This document shows, piece by piece, positions 45,827 through 56,642 of a DNA stretch of 64,000 nucleotides. Both the position numbers and the translations under genes were made by a program. The stretch comes from a bacterium (lineage in GTDB: Bacteria; BMS3Abin14). The stretch is taken from the NCBI GenBank assembly GCA_020350725.1, contig CP070719.1:1418096-1482095 (forward strand), given 5' to 3'. Numbering within the stretch: position 1 is the stretch's first letter; each line of letters opens with the position of its first letter. The notes beneath the pieces are model-generated. The model did no database searches. It was not told the origin of the DNA and saw only the letters and a list, made by a program, of their open reading frames with translations.

Positions 45827-46651
45827 ATGGTGAGGCGAATAATTCCCGGATTGAGAGCCTTCGTGAGAAAGATCTTGCGCCGGCACGTCACCGAGGAGGA
45901 GATCCAGACCCTCATCGACGAAGGAGAGCAGGAAGGGGTGATCAACCGGGACGAGCACGCCATGATCGACGCCGTCCTCGACCTCGATGATACGCGTGTT
46001 CGGGAGATCCAGGTGCCGCGGACGGAGATGGTGACCCTGGAGAAGAATGCAGCCCTCGAGGAGGTCCTTGATACCATTATCAGAGAGGGCCACAGCAGGA
46101 TTCCAGTGTACGATGGCGATGTCGACAATATCATCGGCATCCTCTACGCCAAGGACCTTCTGAAATCCTGGGGGAGGGCGCCCGGGGAGGTGGACCTTGT
46201 GGGGATGCTCCGCGGAGCCTACTTTATCCCCGAGAGCAAATCGGTAAGTGACCTTCTCAAAGAGTTCAAGACGAGACGCGTCCACATGGCGGTTGCCGTC
46301 GATGAGTACGGGGGGACCTCGGGCCTGGTGACCATAGAGGATATCCTTGAGGAGATCGTGGGTGATATTCAGGACGAATACGACGTGAAAGAGGAGGTCG
46401 CCTTTGTCCAGGTCGACGAGGGTGAATTCCTCTTTGACGCCCGGTCCCATGTGGAAGACCTTGAGGGGCAGTTCGGGATAACCCTCGATAGGGGCGAATA
46501 CGACACCATCGGGGGATTCGTCAGCAACCGTCTCGGTCACGTTCCCAGGAAGGGCGAGCAGTGCCGGTTCGACTCCCTTCTCTTCACCGTCGAGGAGGCC
46601 GACGCCAGGAAAGTTTCCAGGATCCGGGTGAAACGGGTCGAGGATACCTAG
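45827..46651 (+). CDS. CorC/HlyC family CBS-domain transporter-associated protein
   Basis: VREIQVPR, GHSRIPVY, VHMAVAVDEYGG, TIEDILEEIVGDIQDE and C-terminal CorC domain. Confidence 0.92.
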   Translation: MVRRIIPGLRAFVRKILRRHVTEEEIQTLIDEGEQEGVINRDEHAMIDAVLDLDDTRVREIQVPRTEMVTLEKNAALEEVLDTIIREGHSRIPVYDGDVDNIIGILYAKDLLKSWGRAPGEVDLVGMLRGAYFIPESKSVSDLLKEFKTRRVHMAVAVDEYGGTSGLVTIEDILEEIVGDIQDEYDVKEEVAFVQVDEGEFLFDARSHVEDLEGQFGITLDRGEYDTIGGFVSNRLGHVPRKGEQCRFDSLLFTVEEADARKVSRIRVKRVEDT

Positions 46652-46688
46652 GCGAGGAGAGCAGGCAGTCGGCAGCCGGTATCCGGGA

Positions 46689-48326
46689 ATGAGCCTCCGC
46701 TGGAAACCGGAAGCCGGAACCTGTAAAATCCCCGCCATGACCGCCCGAGCTAAGCACCCGAGACCGGCCGAACCGATCATCCGGGCTCTGCTATCATCCT
46801 TTCTCCTCATCTGTTCCTTTCCCGGTCCGGATGCCGGATGGTTGTCAGCTGTCGCCCTCGTTCCTCTCCTGACCATCGTGGTTCGGGTGGGAAAGGGCAG
46901 AGCCTTTCTGCTGGGATGGCTCTGCGGAACGGTCTGGTTCGCCGTCTCCCTCAATTGGCTCACCCAGACCATCAGGCTCTACGGCGGACTGCCTCTCGTC
47001 GCCAGCGGTCTTCTCATCCTCCTTCTGGGCTGCGTCCTTGGCCTTTATATCGGTATCTTTGCCCTTACGGTGCGGTGCATATCCGATTGGCCGGGAGCAT
47101 GGTGGTTTCTGGTCATCCCTCCCGCCTGGGTCCTTATTGAATATGCCCGTTCCTGGATTCCCGCACCCTTCCCCTGGCTGCTTCTGGGCACGGTATTCTG
47201 GAAATATCCCGCTGTTTCCGGTTTCTACGGCCTCTTCGGGGTCTACGGGCTTTCCTTCATCCTGGTCCTGGTCAACGCTCTGGTGTGGAGGACCCTTGAG
47301 GACCGCAGACGTCCCGGCGGGGGCAGGCTGGCAGCGGTGCGACTCGTAGCCTTTATGGTCCCTGTCCTCCTGATGTATCTGGCACTGTCCGTCCAAGGCG
47401 CAACGGATGAAGAGGCCTCCATCAGGATCGGTATCGTCCAGGGAAACTATGACCAGGGCCTGAAATGGAGCGAATCGCTGAAGGAGGAGATCGTCAGGAC
47501 CTACGTCGGTCTTTCCGACCAGGCGGCCGCCGCGGGGGCATCCCTGATCCTCTGGCCGGAGACCTCGGTGACTTCCTATTTTCAATCCGACACCCAGCTC
47601 TCCGGACAATTGAGGGCGTTCTCCCGGCAGAGGGACGTTCATCTCGTCTTCGGCAGTCCCGCTTTCCAGTGGCGCGAGGGTCGCCATGTCCTCTACAACA
47701 GAGCCTATCACCTCGCTCCCGATGGCGGCGTCAGGAGCTACGACAAGATCAGGCTGGTTCCCTTTGGAGAGTACGTCCCCTTCCGTCCACTGTTGTCCTT
47801 CGCTGCCCGCCTGGTCCCGGGCGAGGGGCAGTTCGTGCCCGGCAAACCGACGGACCCTTTCCCACTTTCCGTACCGGCCGGACCTCTCATCTGCTACGAG
47901 GCCTCCATGCCCGACCTGAGCAGGGATCAGGTCAGAAGGGGAGCCAGGATCCTGCTGAATTTGACCAACGATGCCTGGTTCGGCACCTCGTGGGGACCCT
48001 ATCAGCACCTGGCAATGGCCGCCGTAAGGGCGGCGGAACTCCGAACGCCTCTCCTAAGGGCGGCCAATACGGGGATCTCCGCGGTAATCGATGACAGGGG
48101 AAGGATCGTCAAGAGGCTGGGGCTTCTCGAACGGGGCGTTATCGTCGCGGATGTGACACCCGGTTCAGGCGGCACCATGTACAGCAGGTGGGGGGATTGG
48201 ATTGTCTATCTGTCCATCCTTATGATAATATTTATAGGTTTAGGAAAGATAAGGAAAATTTACCCGATAAATCAGGGAGGTAAAGGCCATGATCCGTCTG
48301 GAAGATTTCAGGCAGACCGTCGATGA
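46689..48326 (+). CDS. lnt: apolipoprotein N-acyltransferase
   Basis: TM N-terminus, PFPWLLLG, VQGN, WPET, YDK.RLVPFGEYVP, ICYE, TNDAWFG and RAANTGISA. Start may be 46737. Confidence 0.95.
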   Translation: MSLRWKPEAGTCKIPAMTARAKHPRPAEPIIRALLSSFLLICSFPGPDAGWLSAVALVPLLTIVVRVGKGRAFLLGWLCGTVWFAVSLNWLTQTIRLYGGLPLVASGLLILLLGCVLGLYIGIFALTVRCISDWPGAWWFLVIPPAWVLIEYARSWIPAPFPWLLLGTVFWKYPAVSGFYGLFGVYGLSFILVLVNALVWRTLEDRRRPGGGRLAAVRLVAFMVPVLLMYLALSVQGATDEEASIRIGIVQGNYDQGLKWSESLKEEIVRTYVGLSDQAAAAGASLILWPETSVTSYFQSDTQLSGQLRAFSRQRDVHLVFGSPAFQWREGRHVLYNRAYHLAPDGGVRSYDKIRLVPFGEYVPFRPLLSFAARLVPGEGQFVPGKPTDPFPLSVPAGPLICYEASMPDLSRDQVRRGARILLNLTNDAWFGTSWGPYQHLAMAAVRAAELRTPLLRAANTGISAVIDDRGRIVKRLGLLERGVIVADVTPGSGGTMYSRWGDWIVYLSILMIIFIGLGKIRKIYPINQGGKGHDPSGRFQADRR

Positions 48327-49399
48327 AGCTGCAGAGAAACTGGAAGCCCTTGGGAGGCATCTTTGACCTCGCCAGCGATACCGCCCGCCTGAAAGAACTC
48401 GAAGAGGCCACCGCTCATCCAGATTTCTGGAAGAACCAGGCCCAGGCCCAGACCAAAACCCGCGAGATCAGCCGGATCAAGAGGTCGATCGAGAGGTATC
48501 GGCGAGTGTCCAAAATAGTCAGTGATCTTCAGGCTGCCTCCGAACTGATCGCCGAAGGCGATGCGGAAGGTGAGGCCCTGATGGCAGAGTCGATCCCCGA
48601 CCTCCATGCGGTGGACAGGGAGCTGTCCGAATGGGAGCTTGAGACCATTCTCGGTGATCAGGCGGATATCAGGAACGCCATTGTCACCATCAATCCCGGC
48701 GCCGGAGGAGTCGAATCCCAGGATTGGGCACAGATCCTTCTTCGCATGTATCTCCGGTGGGCCGAGAGGAGGGGATACTACACGGAGATGCTTGACCAGC
48801 AGCTGGCGGAGGAAGCCGGCATCAAGAGCGCCACTTTCGCGGTGGAGGGCGAGTACGCGTATGGGAATTTGAAATCCGAAAGCGGTGTTCACCGCCTGGT
48901 TCGTATCTCCCCCTATGATGCCAGCAGGAGACGGCATACGTCCTTCGCCTCCGTCTTCGCGTTTCCCGAGGTTGAAGATGACGTCGAGGCCGAGATCGAG
49001 GAAAAGGATCTGCGGATCGACACCTTTCGTTCCAGCGGGGCGGGTGGACAGCACGTCAACGTGACCGATTCCGCGGTGAGGATCACGCACCTCCCGTCGG
49101 GCATCGTCGTCACCTGCCAGAACGAGAGATCCCAGCACAAGAACAGGGCCACCGCCATGCGCATTCTCAGGGCAAAGCTCTATGAGCTGGAGAAAAGAAA
49201 GAAAGAGGAGGAGATGGCCAAACTCCAGGGTGAGAAGAAGGAGATTGCCTGGGGCAGCCAGATCCGCAGCTACGTGCTGCATCCCTATCGGATGGTGAAG
49301 GACCACAGGACCGGCCTGGAAACGGGGAACACCGATGCCGTTCTCGATGGCGACCTCGATGATTTTATCTATGCCTATCTGATGGGAAAGGCTGAGTAG
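48289..49399 (+). CDS. prfB: peptide chain release factor 2, programmed +1 frameshift (join 48289..48363, 48365..49399)
   Basis: MIRLEDF...LGRHL, then CTT TGA C; the +1 frame continues DLASD...; SPY/SPF-type motif (RISPYD), GAGGQHVN and WGSQIRSY. Confidence 0.95.
48352..48367 (+). promoter_or_regulatory. prfB frameshift cassette
   Basis: GGGAGG-CAT-CTTTGAC: internal SD 3 nt upstream of the CUU-UGA-C slippery site. Confidence 0.93.
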
Positions 49400-49637
49400 G
49401 ACCGGCAGTCAGGTGTGTCCGAATCCGGTTCCAGTGGACTGTCCTGGAGAAAGACGTCCTTCAGAAGGCTCAAACGGGGCGGAGCCTCCCGGAGGAGCGG
49501 ACCGTTTCTCGGTGTTTTTTGGCCGTCGATGACGCCCCTTTGCGTCCCGGCCCCTCAGGTGAGTCACTGCGCCGGTGGCCATACCGGTGGGACGAACCCG
49601 CGGGAGCCGACACGTCCTCACCCGAAGGAAGAAGAGA

Positions 49638-50753
49638 TTGGCAAAGGATTGGGATGATAAGCCCTTTATGCAAAGGGCCCTGAGACTGGCTGCCAAGGGG
49701 AGGGGGACCACCCACCCGAATCCAATGGTGGGAGCGGTCCTCGTCAAGGACGGCCGGGTTATCGGTGAGGGCTGGCACAGGGAGCCCGGAGCACCCCACG
49801 CCGAGATCCACGCCATCCGGAACGCTTCGACCAGTACCGTCGGCGCCTGTCTCTACGTCAATCTCGAACCCTGCAGCCATCAGGGGAGAACGCCCCCATG
49901 CACAGAGGCTATCATCAGGGCCGGAGTGGAGAGGGTTGTGGCGTCCTGCCGGGATCCCAACCCGTCAGTGGATGGAAGGGGTTTTCAGGCCCTCCGGGAC
50001 GCCGGCATATCGGTATCCGTCGGATTGGGCGAGGACAGGGCGCGTGAGCTGAACCGGGCTTTCCTTCACTATGCTCTGAAAGGAACACCTTATGTGGTCC
50101 TGAAACTGGCCTCTACGATCGACGGCCGGATCGCGACCTCTTCGGGGCAATCCCGATGGATCACCGGAGCCCCGGCGAGGAAGGCGGCCCATCGCCTCCG
50201 GGCTGATGCGGACGGGGTGCTTGTCGGGGCCGGCACAGTTGCCGCCGACGATCCGAGCCTCACCGTCCGGCACCTTCCGGCCAGGGTACAGCCGAGGAGG
50301 ATCGTTCTGGACAAGGATCTCCGGACGGCCATAGGGGCCCGCCTGGTGGAGCAGGCTGAGGACGGAAGGACCCTGTTCGTGATCGGACCGGGTGTCGATA
50401 GAAGCCGCCTGATGCCGTTCGAGGCGAAGGGCGTGAAATTCCTCAGACTGCCGGCGGGAGCCGGTGGATTTGTCTGGGGGGACTTGGCAAAAGCGCTGGC
50501 GGACGAGGGCATGATCCACCTGCTGGTGGAGGGTGGGGGGCAGACAGCGGCGTTCTTTGTCAGGTCTGGAGCGGTCTCGAGGGTTGAGCTGTTTCTTGCC
50601 TCCCGGTTTATCGGAGAGGAGGGAATCGCCGCCGTCGGAGCCCTCGGCGTTGAGGAACTCTCCAGGGCGCCGGAACTGAGGTTCGTGAGAACAAGGCGGA
50701 TAGGCGATGATATCCGTTTGACGGCGGATGTGCTCCCGGAAACCGTGAGGTGA
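49638..50753 (+). CDS. ribD: riboflavin biosynthesis deaminase/reductase
   Basis: PNPMVGAV, PHAE, LEPCSH.GRTPPC, KLASTIDG and VEGGG; TTG start 49638. Confidence 0.96.
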   Translation: MAKDWDDKPFMQRALRLAAKGRGTTHPNPMVGAVLVKDGRVIGEGWHREPGAPHAEIHAIRNASTSTVGACLYVNLEPCSHQGRTPPCTEAIIRAGVERVVASCRDPNPSVDGRGFQALRDAGISVSVGLGEDRARELNRAFLHYALKGTPYVVLKLASTIDGRIATSSGQSRWITGAPARKAAHRLRADADGVLVGAGTVAADDPSLTVRHLPARVQPRRIVLDKDLRTAIGARLVEQAEDGRTLFVIGPGVDRSRLMPFEAKGVKFLRLPAGAGGFVWGDLAKALADEGMIHLLVEGGGQTAAFFVRSGAVSRVELFLASRFIGEEGIAAVGALGVEELSRAPELRFVRTRRIGDDIRLTADVLPETVR

Positions 50754-50759
50754 ATGGAC

Positions 50760-51416
50760 ATGTTCACAGGCATTATCGAGGAAGTAGGCGAGATCGGCAG
50801 GATCCAGAGACAACCGGGAGGTGCGGCGATGGACGTTCGCTGCCGTCTCGTTCTCGAGGAAGGCCGGCCGGGGGACAGCATAGCCGTGAACGGGGTTTGC
50901 CTCACGGTCGAGGAGATCAAGGACGGATGGTTCTCCTGCACAGTGTCTGAGGAGAGCCTGGAACGGACGACGCTGCGGAATGCCGCAGTCGGAGATCCGG
51001 TCAATCTGGAGAGGGCCCTCGCCCTCGGAGGGAGGGTCGGCGGTCATCTCGTATCGGGCCACGTGGAGAGAACAGGGACCATCAAGTCCCTTGTCCGCGC
51101 CGGCAGATCCTGGACCCTCGTCGTGTCTTTTCCGGACGATTTCCAACCGTTTGTGATCGAAAAGGGCTCGGTGGCGGTCGACGGTGTCAGCCTGACGATC
51201 GCCGGTCTTCAGAGAGATCGGTTTGAGGTGTCACTTATTCCGGAAACCTTTGAAAAAACAACGTTTGCATTGAAAAGGTCTGGTGACTCTGTTAACTTGG
51301 AACCCGACCTGATCCTGAAATATGTGAGATCCGCGGTAGCCTCGTTTCTTGGGGTAAAGAGCGATTCCGGGCTCACACTGGAGAAACTTCTCCGTTCGGG
51401 ATTTATCGCGGATTAG
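50760..51416 (+). CDS. ribE: riboflavin synthase alpha chain
   Basis: [32 protein letters not shown] and [12 protein letters not shown]. Confidence 0.96.
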   Translation: MFTGIIEEVGEIGRIQRQPGGAAMDVRCRLVLEEGRPGDSIAVNGVCLTVEEIKDGWFSCTVSEESLERTTLRNAAVGDPVNLERALALGGRVGGHLVSGHVERTGTIKSLVRAGRSWTLVVSFPDDFQPFVIEKGSVAVDGVSLTIAGLQRDRFEVSLIPETFEKTTFALKRSGDSVNLEPDLILKYVRSAVASFLGVKSDSGLTLEKLLRSGFIAD

Positions 51417-51421
51417 GGAGG

Positions 51422-52642
51422 ATGAACATGCCCATTTCCACCGTTGATGAGGCCCTCGAGGATATCAAAGCGGGCCGTATGATCATCCTGGTCGACGACG
51501 AGGATCGGGAGAACGAGGGAGATTTCATGGTGGCCGCCGAGAAGGTGACCCCCGAGATAATAAACTTTATGGCCCTCCACGGGCGGGGCCTTATCTGCCT
51601 CACCCTGACGGAGAGTAAGTGCGAAGAACTCAACCTCCCCCAGATGGTCCAGGATAATACAGCCAAATACGGTACGGCCTTTACGGTATCAATCGAGGCA
51701 CGCAAGGGGGTCACCACGGGGATCTCCGCTGCCGACAGGGCCCGCACGGTCCTCACGGCCATCGATGACGACTGCTCTCCGGACGATCTCGCCAGGCCTG
51801 GGCATATCTTCCCCATCATGTCACGTAAGGGTGGTGTGCTCGTCAGGGCCGGCCAGACGGAAGGCTCGGTGGACCTCGCACGTTTGGCCGGCCTGAATCC
51901 CTCAGGTGTGATCTGCGAGATCATGAACGAGGACGGCACCATGGCCCGCCTTCCCGAGCTCAGGGTCGTGGCCAGGCGATTCGGCCTGAAGATCGTCACC
52001 ATTGAGGATCTGGTCAAATACCGTATGAGACACGAGCGCCTCGTAAGCCGGGCAGCCGTTACCAAGCTGCCCACCCGGTTCGGAGACTTCACCGCATTCG
52101 CCTACAGAAACAATCTCGACCGCCAGGAGCATGTGGCTCTGGTCGCGGGGGTCGTGCAAGGAGAGGAGCCGACACTCGTCAGGGTCCATTCCGAATGTCT
52201 TACGGGAGATGTTTTTCACTCCCTGCGATGCGATTGCGGTGAACAGATGGAGAACGCCCTCCGCATGATCCATGATGCCGGAACGGGTGTATTCCTCTAC
52301 ATGAGTCAGGAGGGAAGGGGTATCGGTCTGGCAAACAAGCTCCGCGCCTATCAGATCCAGGATGAGGGGAAGGATACCGTGGAGGCTAATCTCGAGCTCG
52401 GATTCGCGCCCGATCTCAGGGATTACGGAATAGGGGCCCAGATCCTGGTGGATCTCGGCGTCAGGCGGATCAGGCTGTTGACCAATAACCCGAAGAAGAT
52501 CGTGGGCCTGGAAGGTTACGGTCTCCAGGTCGTCGAGCGGGTTCCCATGGAGATCACCGCCCGGGAGGAAAATCTCAATTACCTGAAGACCAAGAGAGAC
52601 AAGCTGGGACACCTTCTGGGTAAGATCAAGGAAACCGTCTGA
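51422..52642 (+). CDS. ribBA: bifunctional DHBP synthase / GTP cyclohydrolase II
   Basis: [41 protein letters not shown] and QEGRGIGL. Confidence 0.97.
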   Translation: MNMPISTVDEALEDIKAGRMIILVDDEDRENEGDFMVAAEKVTPEIINFMALHGRGLICLTLTESKCEELNLPQMVQDNTAKYGTAFTVSIEARKGVTTGISAADRARTVLTAIDDDCSPDDLARPGHIFPIMSRKGGVLVRAGQTEGSVDLARLAGLNPSGVICEIMNEDGTMARLPELRVVARRFGLKIVTIEDLVKYRMRHERLVSRAAVTKLPTRFGDFTAFAYRNNLDRQEHVALVAGVVQGEEPTLVRVHSECLTGDVFHSLRCDCGEQMENALRMIHDAGTGVFLYMSQEGRGIGLANKLRAYQIQDEGKDTVEANLELGFAPDLRDYGIGAQILVDLGVRRIRLLTNNPKKIVGLEGYGLQVVERVPMEITAREENLNYLKTKRDKLGHLLGKIKETV

Positions 52643-52655
52643 GAGGAGAGAATCG

Positions 52656-53126
52656 ATGGCTGGATATAAAACCGTGGAGGGGAAACTCGATGCCTCCGGC
52701 CTGAAGATCGCTATCATTGCATCCCGCTTCAACGATTTCATCACCGATAGACTGATCGACGGTGCCGTGGATTGCCTCGTCAGGCATGGGGCCGGCGAGG
52801 ACCTTGTCAGTGTCATCCGGGTGCCAGGCTCCTTCGAGCTTCCCCTGGCGGCCCGAAGAGTATCGGAGAGCAAGTCCTTCGATGCCGTCATCTGTCTTGG
52901 TGCCCTTATCCGGGGGCAGACTCCCCACTTCGACTTCATCGCCGCAGAGGTGACCAAGGGCATCTCTCAGGTATCTCTTGAGACCGGAGTCCCCATAGCC
53001 TTCGGGGTCATCACAGCTGACAGTCTCGAACAGGCCGTGGACAGGGCAGGGGCCAAAGCGGGCAACAAGGGCTTCGAGGCGGCTGCCAGTGCCATCGAGA
53101 TGGTCAACCTGCTGAAGGAAATCTGA
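52656..53126 (+). CDS. ribH: 6,7-dimethyl-8-ribityllumazine synthase
   Basis: [23 protein letters not shown] and AGAKAGNKG. Confidence 0.97.
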   Translation: MAGYKTVEGKLDASGLKIAIIASRFNDFITDRLIDGAVDCLVRHGAGEDLVSVIRVPGSFELPLAARRVSESKSFDAVICLGALIRGQTPHFDFIAAEVTKGISQVSLETGVPIAFGVITADSLEQAVDRAGAKAGNKGFEAAASAIEMVNLLKEI

Positions 53127-53134
53127 TCCCACGG

Positions 53135-53551
53135 ATGGGTGCCCGCCGCAGAGCCAGGGAAGCCGCTCTCCAGACCCTCTACCGCCTGGACATCAATCCG
53201 TGTGATCCGCAGGTTGCCCTCGACGAACTCGAGGGCGGCCGTGAGCGTCATGAATCGCAGGCGGAATTTGCCCGGGATCTCGTCATGGGTGCGTTCGAGA
53301 GGATGGAGGAGATCGACGGGCACATCCGCGAGGCCGCGTTGAAGTGGAACATATCCCGCATGGCGGTTGTCGACCGCAATGTCCTCAGGCTGGCCACCTA
53401 TGAGATGTTGGCTTACCCCGAGACACCCGCCAGAGTCATCATCAACGAGGCCATAGAGATGGCCAAGGGATTCGGTGGCGAGGAATCCGGGACCTTCGTC
53501 AACGGTGTCCTCGACAGGATCAGACACAACCTGAAGAGGAAGGCCGAATGA
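53135..53551 (+). CDS. nusB: transcription antitermination factor NusB
   Basis: RRRAREAALQ, VDRNVLR, NEAIE and FVNGVLD. Confidence 0.95.
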   Translation: MGARRRAREAALQTLYRLDINPCDPQVALDELEGGRERHESQAEFARDLVMGAFERMEEIDGHIREAALKWNISRMAVVDRNVLRLATYEMLAYPETPARVIINEAIEMAKGFGGEESGTFVNGVLDRIRHNLKRKAE

Positions 53552-54078
53552 AAATGCTGCTGCGGGGAGGAAGTCCTCTCAAATACCGAGGGGATGTCCT
53601 GGTTGTCGGCCATCATTCAGACCACAGGCCCCTCAGGGGTACGGTAGGGCAGCTCGATTGGTTCTTCAACTCCTCCCTGAGCCAGCTGTGGAAGCGGAAG
53701 GGGGATCTGCTCGCTTTCGGGCAGGTCACCCTCCTGTCGACCCAGGAAAAGATGCCCTTCTCCTCCCTGATGGTCGTTGGCATCGGAAAGGAAAGGGATC
53801 TGTCCGCAGACACCAGGAAGGAGGCATACAGGATCGCGCTCGATGCGGTTGAGAGAATTGAGGCGGTGTCATGCGCCATGGAAGGCATACCGATCCTGGG
53901 ACGTTGGGATATGGGAGTGATAGAGGATCTGTCCAGGGTCCTCGGCGAGATAACCGGCTCGGAGGTTGCCCAGGTGGACCTGTACCTTTCCTCTTCGGAG
54001 CTCCTGGCCTCCGCCAGAGAGGTATTCCCGGCTTCCGGAGAACGGATCCCCTCCCGGGCGACACCTTCGAGGAAATAA
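53548..54078 (+). CDS. stand-alone peptidase M17 N-terminal (macro-like) domain protein
   Basis: RPLRG..G.LDW, G...LL, L.VVG.G pattern of the M17 N-domain; no catalytic domain. Confidence 0.65.
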   Translation: MKMLLRGGSPLKYRGDVLVVGHHSDHRPLRGTVGQLDWFFNSSLSQLWKRKGDLLAFGQVTLLSTQEKMPFSSLMVVGIGKERDLSADTRKEAYRIALDAVERIEAVSCAMEGIPILGRWDMGVIEDLSRVLGEITGSEVAQVDLYLSSSELLASAREVFPASGERIPSRATPSRK

Positions 54079-54081
54079 CCA

Positions 54082-54810
54082 TTGCGCATCGGTATCCTCT
54101 CCGATATTCACTCCAACCTCGAGGCCCTCGAGGCCGTTGATGAGGCCCTCAGCAGCGCTTCCGTGGACACCATCTATTTTGCCGGAGATGTGGTGGGATA
54201 CGGACCGGATCCGAATCCCTGTACCCAATGGGTCCGGGACAGGGCGGAAATTGCGGTGGCGGGGAATCATGACTTCGCGGCCATAGGGATGATGGACCCG
54301 GAGACTTTCAACAGCAATGCCAGGGAGGCGATTATCTGGAACTCCGAACGACTCGAGGACTGGGCGGGGGATTACCTCAAGGAGCTTCCGATGGTGGTTA
54401 CCAGGGATGAAGTGACCATTGTCCACGCCAGTCCCAGAGCACCGGAGCTCTGGGAGTACATCTTCACTCTATGGGACGCGGAAGTGAACTTCTCCCACTT
54501 CCTCACGGAATTCTGTTTCGTCGGGCACTCCCATCAACCCGTCATGGTGGGTATGGATCCGGAGGGCGTTGTCACGGTGATCCCGGGAGAATCTCTGAAG
54601 GCGGAAGAGGGACACCGGTATCTCATCAACGTGGGAAGCGTGGGACAGCCGAGGGACGGAAACCCCGATGCCTGTTGCGGGATACTCGACACGAGCACGT
54701 TCGAATTCACGCTGGTCCGGATTCCCTATGATGTGAGAAAAACGCAGAGGAAGATGGTCAAAGAAGGACTGCCCCTGGCACTCGTGGACAGGCTGTCGGA
54801 GGGAAGGTGA
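54082..54810 (+). CDS. calcineurin-like metallophosphoesterase
   Basis: SDIHSN, GDVVGYG, GNHD, HASP, VGHSH and NVGSVGQPRD. Confidence 0.92.
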   Translation: MRIGILSDIHSNLEALEAVDEALSSASVDTIYFAGDVVGYGPDPNPCTQWVRDRAEIAVAGNHDFAAIGMMDPETFNSNAREAIIWNSERLEDWAGDYLKELPMVVTRDEVTIVHASPRAPELWEYIFTLWDAEVNFSHFLTEFCFVGHSHQPVMVGMDPEGVVTVIPGESLKAEEGHRYLINVGSVGQPRDGNPDACCGILDTSTFEFTLVRIPYDVRKTQRKMVKEGLPLALVDRLSEGR

Positions 54811-54866
54811 GCGAAAAACGGATGGGGCCGAACCGGGATGCCGCACTCTCCGGAATGGAACCGACC

Positions 54867-56612
54867 ATGAGCCTGGTGGGAAAGCTGGAGGACCTCAGCC
54901 TCGGCGAGATCCTCCAGATCGTGAGCCTCAGCAGGCGGTCGGGACTCCTGAGGCTGGAGGGTCCCAAGGGCGAGGCGACGGTCTATATCAGAGGCGGTAT
55001 GGTCATCCACGCCGGACGTTCTGACGAGAAAGAGGGTATCCTCAGTCTCCTGGTGCAGGACAGCCTGGTCGACCTTTCCCGTATCGAGGAGTTGAAGCCG
55101 CGCTTCGAGGCCTGTGAAGATCAAGGGGACCTTCTCCGGTTGATCCACACCGATCTGGATATCTCCCCGGAAGCATTGCAGAATACACTCAGGAAGAGGA
55201 TCGAGGATCTCGTCTATTCCCTCTTCCTCTGGGAGGAGGGGACCTTCAGTTTCCAGCTGGTCGATAAGGAGGAGGATGTTCCTTTCCTCGGCCGCATGCG
55301 TCCTTTCTTTCTCCAGGACGGCATCAACGCCCAGTTCCTCGTCATGGAAGGTGCCCGCCTAAAGGATGAGTTGAGGAGAGATGCTGCCGGAACGCCATCG
55401 GCAACAGCTGGTTCCCTGGAAATGCCGGATCAGGATTCCGTTTGGAGTGACACTCCACCTCCGGAGGAGGATTACACTCCCATCGGGGACATGGGTGCTC
55501 GGGCTGCAGGGATCCTGGAGATGCCGGATAAGATCCCCGAGCTCCCTGGAAAAGTCGCAGAAGCCCTCATCCTGGTCACAGATGATGAACCACTGAGTTC
55601 CCGTATCAGGGAGGCCCTTCGAGCAGAGGGCGTGAAGGTGTTCGTCTTCGGGGACGCGGCATCGGCGCTGACCAAGATGCAGGATCTCAGATCCCATAGG
55701 ATATTTCCCGCCGTGGCGTTCGACCTGCACGCCCGGGGTATAACCGACGGCGCCGCCCCGGGGGGGCTGGACGTTCTCATCAGCCAGTGGGACCTTGGTT
55801 TCCGTCTCCCTTCGGTCCTCTTCACCTCCGGAGACATCCCCGGTGAATTGGCGGACAAGTTGGGACCCATTGCCGGAATCGAGCTCGTTGTCGAACGCCC
55901 GGAGGACCTTCCGGACAGATTGGCAGCGCTGACCCTCGCCTATATGACAAAGGGGCCGGAACAGGCCGAAAGGGAGGGCGAGTACTACGATATCCAACAG
56001 GAACTCTCGGAGGATCTGGAGGGGCTGGATCTTCCCTTCGCCTTCCTGGGTGGGCAGGAAGAACACCCGCAGCAGCCTCAGGCGCAGGATCCCCTCATGG
56101 CCAGGCTGGGTTCCTATGTCTCGGAGTTGAATCGGCAGGACATAAGGGGGGAGATCACCCTTCTCGCCCTGCGGTTCGCGTCGGAATTCGCCTCGCGGGC
56201 AATACTTTTCCTGGTTAGAAAAGACGATATCAAGGGGCTGGGTCAGTTCGGAGTGGACCTCGGCGAGGATCGGGACGCCGACTCGACCATCCGCGCCCTC
56301 GAGATCCCCATCGCGGAAGGGTCCATTTTTACCAGAGTTGTCGATTCCCAGCAGAGCTACCGGGGGGCACCCCAGGGCAGTGAGACGGAGGGCAGGCTCT
56401 TCAGGGCTCTGGGTGGAGAGCCAAAAAATATCTATATCGGCCCGGTGGTCAGCATGGGGAAGGTGGTGGTCATACTTTACGGGGATGATTTCCCGGAGGG
56501 TCAGGGACTTCATCCGACCCATTCCCTGGATATATTCCTCAGCCATGCCGGGTTGGCCCTCGACAGGGCTTTCCTTGAGATGAAGCTCAGTTCCGGTGAC
56601 GGGGAAACCTGA
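54867..56612 (+). CDS. DUF4388 domain signalling protein with receiver-like and GAF-like domains
   Basis: MSLVGKLEDLSLGEILQIV..SRRSG, LFLWEEGTFSF, LVMEGARLKDE; central ILVTDDE; C-terminal RAILF...LYGD. Confidence 0.75.
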   Translation: MSLVGKLEDLSLGEILQIVSLSRRSGLLRLEGPKGEATVYIRGGMVIHAGRSDEKEGILSLLVQDSLVDLSRIEELKPRFEACEDQGDLLRLIHTDLDISPEALQNTLRKRIEDLVYSLFLWEEGTFSFQLVDKEEDVPFLGRMRPFFLQDGINAQFLVMEGARLKDELRRDAAGTPSATAGSLEMPDQDSVWSDTPPPEEDYTPIGDMGARAAGILEMPDKIPELPGKVAEALILVTDDEPLSSRIREALRAEGVKVFVFGDAASALTKMQDLRSHRIFPAVAFDLHARGITDGAAPGGLDVLISQWDLGFRLPSVLFTSGDIPGELADKLGPIAGIELVVERPEDLPDRLAALTLAYMTKGPEQAEREGEYYDIQQELSEDLEGLDLPFAFLGGQEEHPQQPQAQDPLMARLGSYVSELNRQDIRGEITLLALRFASEFASRAILFLVRKDDIKGLGQFGVDLGEDRDADSTIRALEIPIAEGSIFTRVVDSQQSYRGAPQGSETEGRLFRALGGEPKNIYIGPVVSMGKVVVILYGDDFPEGQGLHPTHSLDIFLSHAGLALDRAFLEMKLSSGDGET

Positions 56613-56642
56613 AACAGGAACGGTTGACAGAGGAGTGATCTC

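Noticed and set aside
49400-49637. FMN riboswitch upstream of ribD
   Set aside because: None of the RFN hallmarks (GGGGCAGGGTGAAATTCCC, GTCTGGATG) is present.
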